From a virus: a stretch of 64,000 nt of DNA. Position 1 is the first letter of the stretch, and every line of letters begins with the position of its first letter. The translations under genes were made by a program, and so were the position numbers. Location of the stretch: the IMG/VR virus record IMGVR_UViG_3300007513_001104; one strand, written 5' to 3'. Positions 53,661-62,580 of this stretch are shown piece by piece. A model generated the notes under the pieces. It worked only from the letters and a program-made list of their open reading frames with translations. It ran no database searches and was not told the DNA's origin.

Positions 53661-55278
53661 CTTTCCACTCCAGTTTCTTTTGCTTATACTCGTTAATTAT
53701 TTGCTTGTGTAAATCTATCTGGCTCTTGCCTAATGGATCTATCTCATCAAATGTCTTTTCCATATCCTTTAAACTATATCTACCACCTGTTAAATATCTG
53801 TGGTAATAAAATATCCCAGGAGCCAGCTTGCTGGGTAGTACAGGATTAGCTGCTACTTCTGAAAATAGTTTCCACGCTTCCCATACATTCATCGTCTCGT
53901 GTTGCCAATTGGCCACACCTGTTGAATTCATATAAAACTGCACAACCTCTTTTAATTGTTCAGGTATCTCATCATAGTTGACACCCATCTCTTCGTGTGT
54001 TTTCTTTGTAAATACTCCTGACGTCCAGGCTGTTCTATCAAATTCACTAGGATTTGTTGCCATAGCATTTAAGTCTCCATCTGCTACCATTAATGGTGCA
54101 AAGCTATAACTATGGCCAGGCATGTTGTCCATAACCCAATCCCTTCCTTCTAAAAATGTTTCTCTTGTTTCATAAGGAAGTCCTACGATCATAGATATTG
54201 TAGCTCTAAACTTTCCTTTATTGTTAAACCAATCTTGTACTTCTAATAATCCATCTTTAAGTCTATCTGGGTTCATGCCTTTGCCTACAAACCTAGCTGC
54301 TTTGTGATTAAAACTCTCTATGCCATAAAAGTGAGACCATAAACCCATATCCCAAATGTCTTCCCACGTATCTGGTTTGGCCACTAATAAGTCTCCTCTT
54401 AAATAGCCTGCCAAGTTTACTTCAAAGGGTAATGACCTAACTACGTCTGCTACTTTCTTAAGTTTCTCAGGGCTATCGTTTATTGTCTCATCTGAGATCG
54501 TGTATGTGTTAATACCCCAGCGTTCATAATTATCTGTTAATTCTTCTCTTAAACTATCTGCACATCTACTGTGATCTCCCTTCACTCCTAAAACTGTAAA
54601 TGAACAGAACTTACACTCAAATATGCAACCGCGTCCCATTTCAATAGTTGGTACTTCATCAGATCTCATAAAGTCTCGATCCTGATACTTCACATGTGCA
54701 TTAGGAAAAGGCCAAGCTGGATAATCGTGTCTACATTCCACTACCTTGCGTGTTGCACCCCAATATTCTCTCTCATGAACGATACAATTATGTGTCTGTC
54801 CTGTTATCATCTTTAATAATTCTATAATGCCGTACTCTGCAAAGCCACCCACATAATAATCTAATGGGTATCCTAGTGTAGCAGATATGTTTTGTGAGCC
54901 TCCAATGAACACTAAATCAGGATATAACGATTTAATATATCTGAGATTCTCTATAATCTCTGCTACTTTCTCCTGGTTCTTCTTGCCTGCTCCTCCTAGT
55001 GGAAACATAGCAGACAGCCCTACCCAAATTGTGTCTTTCTTTACTCTTGTTTCAAACAGCTCTACGAGTTCTTCACGTGACCATGCAGGCCAAAAGTCTA
55101 TAACCTCTATATCCCATTCGTTCTCTCTTAGCCATGTGGCTATTCTGTGTGCTCCTGCTGATCGTTTGATGCTTGGCCAAAAGTCTGGCCTATCTTTAGT
55201 GTCTTGGTGTACTAATTGATTTCTAGTTTCGCTAGTGTCTTCTCGTTCAAGTATTCCACCTAGTATAATTCCATGCAT
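53653..55278 (-). CDS. radical SAM protein with B12-binding-like N-terminus
   Basis: IEMGRGCIFECKFC, DETIND, GIESF, IVGLPYET; N-terminal GAHRIA..VID..GLS..GG. Confidence 0.85.
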   Translation of the reverse strand: MHGIILGGILEREDTSETRNQLVHQDTKDRPDFWPSIKRSAGAHRIATWLRENEWDIEVIDFWPAWSREELVELFETRVKKDTIWVGLSAMFPLGGAGKKNQEKVAEIIENLRYIKSLYPDLVFIGGSQNISATLGYPLDYYVGGFAEYGIIELLKMITGQTHNCIVHEREYWGATRKVVECRHDYPAWPFPNAHVKYQDRDFMRSDEVPTIEMGRGCIFECKFCSFTVLGVKGDHSRCADSLREELTDNYERWGINTYTISDETINDSPEKLKKVADVVRSLPFEVNLAGYLRGDLLVAKPDTWEDIWDMGLWSHFYGIESFNHKAARFVGKGMNPDRLKDGLLEVQDWFNNKGKFRATISMIVGLPYETRETFLEGRDWVMDNMPGHSYSFAPLMVADGDLNAMATNPSEFDRTAWTSGVFTKKTHEEMGVNYDEIPEQLKEVVQFYMNSTGVANWQHETMNVWEAWKLFSEVAANPVLPSKLAPGIFYYHRYLTGGRYSLKDMEKTFDEIDPLGKSQIDLHKQIINEYKQKKLEWKDE

Positions 55279-55748
55279 CGTTTTTCCACTGATTTAACAC
55301 GTCGTACAGTATTTCCTGTGTCTCTTATAAAACTATGTGCAAGCTCTTCCTGCATATCCCATGCTTCTCGTTCCCAAGGTTGTTTAGGACCCATACTGCT
55401 GTTGCTATTCGTATCTCTATGTTCTTTGCCTTTCCAAAATTGTCGTAAATGCTTCTCTGTAAGTTCTCCCCTTACACCTTGCTTGACGTGTACCATCTCA
55501 TGACACGTGGTGAGTATAAGATCGTAAACCTTTTGAAACTTGTCTATTTCTAATGTGTAGAAGTTGTGATCGTTTTGATAACAATAACCAAGGACATTGT
55601 CTTCGCTTAAGTTACGGAAATCTATTTCAATCCATAAGGATCGATGTCTAGGTAATAAGGTAGTTATACAATGAGCTGCAACATGTTCTGCGATTACTCG
55701 CTGTTTCGCTAGCCCACCGGATACCTTAATGGTATTGCCTGGGTGCAT
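55260..55748 (-). CDS. zincin-type metallopeptidase-like protein
   Basis: HEMVH..Q and PWEREA. Confidence 0.7.
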   Translation of the reverse strand: MHPGNTIKVSGGLAKQRVIAEHVAAHCITTLLPRHRSLWIEIDFRNLSEDNVLGYCYQNDHNFYTLEIDKFQKVYDLILTTCHEMVHVKQGVRGELTEKHLRQFWKGKEHRDTNSNSSMGPKQPWEREAWDMQEELAHSFIRDTGNTVRRVKSVEKRCMELY

Positions 55749-55751
55749 TTT

Positions 55752-55973
55752 TTAGTCCTCTGACGGTACATCATTAACTCTTAAAAGCGGATTATCTCTT
55801 TCCCTCATTTCATATTCTAAAATGGGATAGAGCTTATCTGCCATGTGATCGTCTGCCAATATTCTACATAACTCCACAAGTTGAGGACTGCTTAATCTTT
55901 TAATAATTTCTGCTATCCTGTCTACTTCTGGCTCTGGTGTAGATATCACTGTAAAATCCGATTGCATGTTCAC
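55752..55973 (-). CDS. hypothetical protein
   Basis: 73 aa ORF in operon. Confidence 0.55.
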   Translation of the reverse strand: MNMQSDFTVISTPEPEVDRIAEIIKRLSSPQLVELCRILADDHMADKLYPILEYEMRERDNPLLRVNDVPSED

Positions 55974-55975
55974 GA

Positions 55976-56224
55976 TTATTTATGCCTCATATCTGCTGCT
56001 ACTCTCATCATTTTATCCAGAAGAGATTGTCTTGTGGCTCTCGCTCTGTACCACTCTTTCTTTCCTTCTTTAGGGCCTCGGGTATATTCATATAAAATAT
56101 CGCCATTATTGTATTTGGTTTCAATACAGCCGTTATTAGCATGTATATACTTAACCCCTTTGGAAAATTCATCTAGTTGTTGTTGCAGTCTAACTGCTTC
56201 AACTTTTTCGGTATATTCTGTCAT
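55976..56224 (-). CDS. hypothetical early protein
   Basis: GGAG SD before MTEYTEK; start refined because the upstream sequence is promoter. Confidence 0.65.
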   Translation of the reverse strand: MTEYTEKVEAVRLQQQLDEFSKGVKYIHANNGCIETKYNNGDILYEYTRGPKEGKKEWYRARATRQSLLDKMMRVAADMRHK

Positions 56225-56246
56225 TGTTTCTCCAGTTTCTATATAC

Positions 56247-56275
56247 ATTATGACAGAAATAGGACCTAAAGTCAA
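56247..56275 (-). promoter_or_regulatory. sigma70-like promoter TTGACT-17-CATAAT overlapped by an inverted repeat (56258-56302)
   Basis: 17 bp spacer; AATAGGACCtAAAG / CTTTtGGTCCTATT arms may double as terminator for upstream late genes. Confidence 0.7.
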
Positions 56276-56315
56276 CTACGAATAGCCCCTTTTGGTCCTA
56301 TTGATCTGTCTGTAA

Positions 56316-56486
56316 TTATTCGCCTTTAACTAGCGTCCATATACCGTAGCCTAAAGCTACCCAGGCTGCAACTTTTGCAAGTCCGCCAAACAATATGATT
56401 GCTAGAGAAACAGCTATAATCACACCGCCGTCCCAGCTGGTTCGCTCGGCAATGCGGTCTTTTACGAATTGAATTGCTGTATTCAT
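56316..56486 (-). CDS. small two-TM membrane protein (holin-like)
   Basis: MNTAIQFVKDRIAERTSWDGGVIIAVSLAIILFGGLAKVAAWVALGYGIWTLVKGE; AGGAGG SD. Confidence 0.65.
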   Translation of the reverse strand: MNTAIQFVKDRIAERTSWDGGVIIAVSLAIILFGGLAKVAAWVALGYGIWTLVKGE

Positions 56487-56500
56487 GCGTTTCCTCCTAT

Positions 56501-57271
56501 TTAGTTTTTGGTATCATTTTCTAAATGCTGAATATAATCTTTTATATTATGGTCAGCCACAAAATCCAATCGACCCTTCAATATCGTCTTTAATAAACTC
56601 CAACCTTTGTCCCTTATTCGCTCTGTAGACCATCGTCTTAAGCGAGTAACTTCTCCAGTTGATTTTATATAATAACAGTCTCCTGTATGCCTATACCATA
56701 TCCAGCTAGGTACACAAGGAACCACGTCATTATTATTAACGAATCTTTGATGATTAAGATGTTTATCACACCATGCTCTAAATTGTGGCCCGCCTGCTCG
56801 AGGTGAACCAAAGGTGTACAATGTGTCGACATCATGTCCACCTGTGAACTCTAATCTTTGAGCTAGAATAGTAGCCATTGCGCCTCCTAAACTATGTCCT
56901 GTTGCCCATATCTTTTTGCCATGTGTTATTCTATCAATAAGCGATTCAACATGATCATAAATCTTATCTACTTCTTCCTTGAATCCCTGGTGGATTTTAT
57001 TACCAGAGACAGAGTCGGATTTAAAAACTTGCAAATCTGCTATGATATCGTTCATCGCTCCATGGCCTTTTTGTGTGCCTCTGCATGCTATAACGATATC
57101 ATCCTTATTGTAATATACATAGCACTGGGCGCCTTCTATGTCAAAGAAACTGTGTTTGTTAAATCCTTTACGTTTGCCGGATTTAGCTCCTGTTTTCTCT
57201 GGATAGTAAGCGTACTGTGCAAATTTAGCAAAGAGGACTCGCCTCTCCTTTTCTGACATACTACTAATCAT
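56501..57271 (-). CDS. class 3 lipase
   Basis: IACRGT, IHQGF, TGHSLGGA, YTFGSPRAG, NNNDVVP, DH. Confidence 0.92.
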   Translation of the reverse strand: MISSMSEKERRVLFAKFAQYAYYPEKTGAKSGKRKGFNKHSFFDIEGAQCYVYYNKDDIVIACRGTQKGHGAMNDIIADLQVFKSDSVSGNKIHQGFKEEVDKIYDHVESLIDRITHGKKIWATGHSLGGAMATILAQRLEFTGGHDVDTLYTFGSPRAGGPQFRAWCDKHLNHQRFVNNNDVVPCVPSWIWYRHTGDCYYIKSTGEVTRLRRWSTERIRDKGWSLLKTILKGRLDFVADHNIKDYIQHLENDTKN

Positions 57272-57276
57272 GTCAA

Positions 57277-57293
57277 TATTTATAATATAAATA
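57277..57293. promoter_or_regulatory. back-to-back late promoters (- 57277-57284; + 57286-57293)
   Basis: TATTTATA-a-TATAAATA. Confidence 0.75.
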
Positions 57294-57322
57294 CTGTAAA
57301 GAGTTTAACAAGGAGAGATAAT

Positions 57323-58717
57323 ATGGCAACAATGGCAAAAGCAGACTTTCTTAAATATGCTGGTTTCAGGCCTGGCGTATTTCTAGACAAATGTTCTGCA
57401 TCTGAAGGACATTCCTTAAGTGGGTATGCAACTGATCAGGTTATCATTGGAGTAATGACAGGACAAAACGCAAAAACAGCTAAACAAACATCAATTACCT
57501 CATTAATGAGTCTTCCAAATCCAGGCCAGGCTTTGGTAAGACTTATCCAGAGTGGATCTTATAACCAATTAATACTACAAGATAAAACGCTGGTGCCTCT
57601 TGGCAAATTAGAAAAAACAGAGGAGTATCAACTTAATGGAAGAAAGAACCACAACAAGGGAAACATAGCAGAAATAATATTCTCTGCTGCTATAGTAGCT
57701 CGCTTTAAAGCAGGATGTGGCACACATACCAGGATCGGTGAGACAGAGATTAAAGCTATAATGGATCTGTGCAAAGTGAATGATAGCACTATCAAATTGG
57801 AGTCACCCAATAAGGGAACGACGATAAAAGATGATCTCGTCTTTACATATCAAATAGGCGAGCCTCATTGGCGCGCTGTCAAAAACCCCAAGCTATGGCC
57901 TCTGTGGAGTCAAATTATAGATGCTTCCATCAAATATGCTAACTCAGTCAATGTAGTAGATATGGTTGCAGAAGTGTGGGGCAATGGTGTTAAAAATAGT
58001 ATCATTGTGCTATCAGACGGCGAAACAGATCAAAAAGGAACAAAGGTAGATGTAAGAGTACAAGTCACAGACCATGCTGGTGATTTATCAGGACCTGATT
58101 TCCTAAAGATATCACTTAAAGTAGATGGTGTAAAACAATTTGGCCAAATGGGAGGCACAACCTTAGATGTACAAAAGAAACTCTGGAAAGACGCATTTGG
58201 TATTGATGTTGCAATGACTCAGCTATCTTATGATAAGCTTAAGGGAGGAATAGAACATTTCAAAGATACCGCCAATGCCATAATGGCAGTCTATAAGGAA
58301 GTGGCACCGAAAGTGCCTGACGCTCTACTAACACAATCAGGTGTAAGGGCCTTCAGTAGCTTTGTACAATACCACTTCTCAAAACGTGAAGAAGGCATGC
58401 TACTCGTAGACTTAAAAGGAGACCAGGCAATTCAATATGATGCAAGTAACTTAGAGGAGGCTTTTAACGGTTTAGAACTTGAATCAGAACTAGGAATATC
58501 AGAAGCCCAAAGGGTAGGTGGCAAAGTGGTAAAAGAGAATTTGCCTAAGTTAATGATCTACGGCAAAGGACATAAACTAACAACCAAAGAGCCTCTGATA
58601 GAGATAAGAGTAAAACGTGGAGAGAGAAGCGCTGACGGCACACCATACTATCGTAATGTTTTTGAAAAACAAAAAGGATTTACAATACTCTTTGCACAAG
58701 CTATTGAAATAGATTAA
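57323..58717 (+). CDS. hypothetical protein, PD-(D/E)XK nuclease-like
   Basis: NKGNIAE...KVDV...KISLK spacing; AAGGAG SD. Confidence 0.45.
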   Translation: MATMAKADFLKYAGFRPGVFLDKCSASEGHSLSGYATDQVIIGVMTGQNAKTAKQTSITSLMSLPNPGQALVRLIQSGSYNQLILQDKTLVPLGKLEKTEEYQLNGRKNHNKGNIAEIIFSAAIVARFKAGCGTHTRIGETEIKAIMDLCKVNDSTIKLESPNKGTTIKDDLVFTYQIGEPHWRAVKNPKLWPLWSQIIDASIKYANSVNVVDMVAEVWGNGVKNSIIVLSDGETDQKGTKVDVRVQVTDHAGDLSGPDFLKISLKVDGVKQFGQMGGTTLDVQKKLWKDAFGIDVAMTQLSYDKLKGGIEHFKDTANAIMAVYKEVAPKVPDALLTQSGVRAFSSFVQYHFSKREEGMLLVDLKGDQAIQYDASNLEEAFNGLELESELGISEAQRVGGKVVKENLPKLMIYGKGHKLTTKEPLIEIRVKRGERSADGTPYYRNVFEKQKGFTILFAQAIEID

Positions 58718-58718
58718 T

Positions 58719-59678
58719 ATGGATAGTGTCTACAAATACGGTTATTGTCATCGCTACAGGCCTGGCAAAGGAAATCAACATACAAAAGCAGATGGCACCC
58801 CCGAGCCAATGGGTGTGCAACAATGGTCTGATGGATTTTCAACAAGGTGGTGTCCTTCTGACATTAGGCAAAATTTCGATAATAGGAAAGAGTTAGCAGA
58901 GCAACTAGGTTGGTCAGATAACAATGTCAAGTATAGATTTAATCAGTGGGGTTTTAGACATCAAGGAGATTTTGTAGAGAATAAAAATGCTCTAGTAGCA
59001 TTAGGTTGTAGCATAACATTTGGTATTGGAGTTAATTATGAACAGACATGGCCTTATTTTGTAGCACAAGAGTTAGGACTAGACTGTGTAAATTTAGGCC
59101 AACCAGGAACAGGTATTCAAGCATCTTATCGTGCTGCTAAAATGTGGTTGCCTGTTATAAAACCTAAAGCTGTAATGTTCTACGTTCCAGATCCTCATAG
59201 AATTGAACTCTGGCCTTATCCAGATGATAGAGAGGAAGATAACTACGCAGATTCTGTAAAATCCATAGGACCTTGGCATAACTCCGGCACTTCCGATAAG
59301 AAATGGAGAGACCATTTTGAAATGAGCATGTCAAGTCGTGAAGTCGCTATTAGACGAGAGGCCTATATGGATGCCATGAGACATATCTGTAAAGAATCTA
59401 AGTTCATAGATATACCAAGCACAGAACAAACAGCAGGTAGACCTTCTAAAACGGACAATATAAATGATATGATAGTTATTGATAAAATACATAATATTGC
59501 TGAAGAGACTAAAGAAAAACTTAATCATACCCTGAGAGAACAGAACCCGAATGCTGAGTTTACGGCTTGCCTTAATACTGACGAGGCAAGATGGGCAAGG
59601 GACATGGTACATCCAGGACCAAGGGTGATGAGAGATAATATAGCTCCAATGTTTATAAGGAAATACCGTGAGAGCTAG
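58719..59678 (+). CDS. SGNH/GDSL-like protein
   Basis: YRFNQWGFR, LGCSITFGIGV..TWP, NLGQPG, RDMVHPG. Confidence 0.65.
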   Translation: MDSVYKYGYCHRYRPGKGNQHTKADGTPEPMGVQQWSDGFSTRWCPSDIRQNFDNRKELAEQLGWSDNNVKYRFNQWGFRHQGDFVENKNALVALGCSITFGIGVNYEQTWPYFVAQELGLDCVNLGQPGTGIQASYRAAKMWLPVIKPKAVMFYVPDPHRIELWPYPDDREEDNYADSVKSIGPWHNSGTSDKKWRDHFEMSMSSREVAIRREAYMDAMRHICKESKFIDIPSTEQTAGRPSKTDNINDMIVIDKIHNIAEETKEKLNHTLREQNPNAEFTACLNTDEARWARDMVHPGPRVMRDNIAPMFIRKYRES

Positions 59679-60198
59679 TCTATTCTTTTTGTTTAATCAC
59701 GGCGGTGAATTATATATCGTTGACAATAATCATGTACAAGATGTTCCTAAACCTCGTGATCTAATCAGACGTTTTTCACAAATAGAAGCTATTAGAGAGC
59801 ATGCGTTACATCTAGGTAGGCCAATAGTAATGGATTCTGCTCGAGATCGTACAAAGAAACACACCCCAGAAGGAATAGAAAGAATAAGACAAGCGAAACT
59901 AGGAGACAATCATCCTAGCAGAATACATGGTGTCTCTCCAGAACATAAGGAAAAGATATCTAGGACTATGACAGGGACAAGACACGGCGAGAACAATCCT
60001 ATGTATGGTAGAACACACTCAAAAGAAACTAGGATTAAAATGTCTGAGGCTTCTTTTTATAAGGAGAGGCGTCGTTGGGTAGTATCGCCTGAAGGTAAGA
60101 CAACAACCATACCTATTAGTGAGCCTAGGCCAGAAGGCTGGCAATGGGGCAGGTTCTATGATCCTTATAAGCCTGATACAGATCCATTCAACGTATAA
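59668..60198 (+). CDS. NUMOD3 DNA-binding repeat protein (homing endonuclease-related)
   Basis: HTPE..ERIR, SPEHKEKIS, GENNPMYGRTHSKETRIKMS, GWQWGR; no GIY-YIG or HNH seen. Confidence 0.7.
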   Translation: MRASLFFLFNHGGELYIVDNNHVQDVPKPRDLIRRFSQIEAIREHALHLGRPIVMDSARDRTKKHTPEGIERIRQAKLGDNHPSRIHGVSPEHKEKISRTMTGTRHGENNPMYGRTHSKETRIKMSEASFYKERRRWVVSPEGKTTTIPISEPRPEGWQWGRFYDPYKPDTDPFNV

Positions 60199-60662
60199 AC
60201 CTTTCCGCTTTCCACTTTATCCAATAAAGCTACTACCTGTTTAGCAGGAGTTTCGTAATGGCCTTCTATTAAATGTCCTGGATCTACACCAAAGTATATC
60301 TCAGGTTTAAGATGTGCATAATAGCGCATAATATGAAGATTCATTGACTTATAAGCAAAGTATGGAGCATATTCTGGGTGATCTTTAGCACCTATACCAC
60401 TGCTAAACATCCAACCTACCTTGTTGGCCTTGTTGTTGCTTAGTATGTCTATACAAATAAGACAATTCATATGGTAGCTCACTTGATCAAAACCTTCTGG
60501 CATAAAATGGTGGTTAAAAAAGATTAGATCATACTCGTTCTGTGTAAAGGTAAATGTGCTTAGTTCATCTCTTGGTATAACTGTGACATCGTAGGTCTTT
60601 GCTAGTTCACTAGACAAACAGGCTCCAAATTTACTACTACCTCCTGTTATCAGCGCTTTCAT
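60165..60662 (-). CDS. short-chain dehydrogenase-like protein
   Basis: ALITGGSSKFG, SS, YxxxK (YFAYK), VDPG. Confidence 0.65.
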   Translation of the reverse strand: MKALITGGSSKFGACLSSELAKTYDVTVIPRDELSTFTFTQNEYDLIFFNHHFMPEGFDQVSYHMNCLICIDILSNNKANKVGWMFSSGIGAKDHPEYAPYFAYKSMNLHIMRYYAHLKPEIYFGVDPGHLIEGHYETPAKQVVALLDKVESGKVYTLNGSVSGL

Positions 60663-61773
60663 ATATCTTTTCCATTATAGGTGTAGGTCCACAAACATCA
60701 TAACACTCTAATATTCTATTACCTTCCCATCTCTCATAAACAGGACGAAAAGGATCACTATCTAATATCTCTTTTAATGACATCTCATTTAGATTATTAT
60801 GTACATCTTTAAAAACATCTTCCATTTGCCACTGCTGTATTCTACCTACTATCCTGTTCTTTAAATACTTTTTACTCAAGTGGCCAAAGAAACTACATGG
60901 CCAGACAGAGCCATCACAATTAATTCTCAGCTCGTTGCCTCCTCCTAGTGAGTGATTAGCAGCACAAGTGATACAGCCTGGTTTATCTTTATATAATGTT
61001 TCTACTCTATCCTTATAGTCTGCGTAGTCTAATGTGTCTGTATTAATTAGATTTATAAAATCAACAGACCTCTGTGGAATCTCGTTTATATCTCTGCCTG
61101 TTGCTGGAAAGATCTCATATTCTATATTATAATCCTTATCCCTAGCAGGCATAGGGCCTCCTTCAAAGCCATTAGGATTTTTAAATCTTATCTCAAATCC
61201 CAACCAGTCTGCCATCTCTTTAGCTTCTTTTAACTGATGTTCGTTGTGTTTAAACTTTAGAAACTCCCATATACCTGTAGCTCCTGTCTGTGAGTAGGAG
61301 TACATGTTATTTCTAACCTTATTCCACTTTACATTCCTTCTGTATATGTGATTAGTATCTTCTAGGCCATCTACTGAGAATATAACATATCTGCTGTGGT
61401 TCTTTTCAAATAACTCGCCTAAAGATATCCAAAAAGGTGTCGTTTTCATACCACCATTGGTATTAATTTGTATAGCGGAGTCAGGTCGTACTTCTGTGAT
61501 ATGTTCGAGAATAGGAAGAAGTTCTGGACATGTGCAAGGGTCACCATAATCTCCTGCAAATGTCCAGAAGTTTATTTGTTTTATAAAGTCCTTAGGAAAG
61601 TGATCCTTGAATCGTTGAAGGGTGTAAGCCTCTTCAACGATATTGGGATTAAGATTGGGCGAGAAGTTGTTGTACCTAGGACACCAAGGACATATAGAAT
61701 TACAAAGAGTTGATACTTCTAAATGTACAGCACGGATATTTTCGTATATCCAATGTTTATTGGGTGAAGTCAA
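60637..61773 (-). CDS. radical SAM protein with C-terminal twitch domain
   Basis: CNSICPWC, GDYGDP, TNG, FSVDGLEDTNHIYR, C..DGSVWPC...C...C. Confidence 0.88.
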   Translation of the reverse strand: MTSPNKHWIYENIRAVHLEVSTLCNSICPWCPRYNNFSPNLNPNIVEEAYTLQRFKDHFPKDFIKQINFWTFAGDYGDPCTCPELLPILEHITEVRPDSAIQINTNGGMKTTPFWISLGELFEKNHSRYVIFSVDGLEDTNHIYRRNVKWNKVRNNMYSYSQTGATGIWEFLKFKHNEHQLKEAKEMADWLGFEIRFKNPNGFEGGPMPARDKDYNIEYEIFPATGRDINEIPQRSVDFINLINTDTLDYADYKDRVETLYKDKPGCITCAANHSLGGGNELRINCDGSVWPCSFFGHLSKKYLKNRIVGRIQQWQMEDVFKDVHNNLNEMSLKEILDSDPFRPVYERWEGNRILECYDVCGPTPIMEKIYESADNRR

Positions 61774-62290
61774 CTTTAGCCTTCAACTCTTCCATCTTTT
61801 TGGAAACGTCTTTGGCTTTATAGCTTTTCTTTTTAGGTTTAACATATTCTGTTATGCCTAAATCTCCTAAGATACCTTCTAACTTAGGATATAATGCTAT
61901 CAGTTGCTGATCTTTCACTGCTGTTATAAACTCAGCTTCTTTATGATGTACACCTTCTATAATTGACATCCAATTCATCTCTTGTTTCCAAGGTGGGAGG
62001 TTCTTAATGTTGGCATTAGGATCTGTGAACTGTTTAATTCTACGAAATTCTAATGTCAGTGTTGTTTCACCCATACCATCAGGTATATCATCTTCTATCT
62101 TTGTAGCGTCTGGTTTGCCTTCTGGTAGACCCCAATCAATTTGTTCAGCTCCTACACCCCATCTTACAAATGGGACGATAGTTTGATTGCCTGCTGCAAT
62201 CTCTTTAATTCTATCTACTTGGTTCTTTTTGCCTCTAGCTTCAAAGACCCAATCAAAAGCCTCATTGAGTTGTCTGAATTTCTGTGCCAT
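61757..62290 (-). CDS. conserved hypothetical protein of T4-like phages
   Basis: W.LPEG.P, E...EG.H..EAE....KD..L...YP; commonly next to rnh. Confidence 0.7.
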   Translation of the reverse strand: MAQKFRQLNEAFDWVFEARGKKNQVDRIKEIAAGNQTIVPFVRWGVGAEQIDWGLPEGKPDATKIEDDIPDGMGETTLTLEFRRIKQFTDPNANIKNLPPWKQEMNWMSIIEGVHHKEAEFITAVKDQQLIALYPKLEGILGDLGITEYVKPKKKSYKAKDVSKKMEELKAKVDFTQ

Positions 62291-62291
62291 G

Positions 62292-62561
62292 TTACTTTGC
62301 CTGTTTGATAAATGCGTCTATCATTTTAGCTTTCGTTTCTCTGGCATCCAATTTAATACCTTGTGCAGCAGCTGTATCATCTATCTGCTTTTTAGTAAGC
62401 TTCTGAAGATCTGTTTTGCTGGGTGCAACATTGTCTATTGGTTTGGGAGTTGGTTTTACAGCTTTGACCGTAGCTTTCTTCACTACATCAGGTTTATTAT
62501 AACCTAGTATCACTGCTAAAACTATTACTCCAATAAAGATATATAGAGCTATATTTTCCAT
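62292..62561 (-). CDS. membrane-anchored protein with helix-extension-helix-like C-terminus
   Basis: N-terminal TM; LQKLTKKQI...GIKLD.R.TKAKMI. Confidence 0.6.
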   Translation of the reverse strand: MENIALYIFIGVIVLAVILGYNKPDVVKKATVKAVKPTPKPIDNVAPSKTDLQKLTKKQIDDTAAAQGIKLDARETKAKMIDAFIKQAK

Positions 62562-62580
62562 TTTGTATTACCTTTCATTA

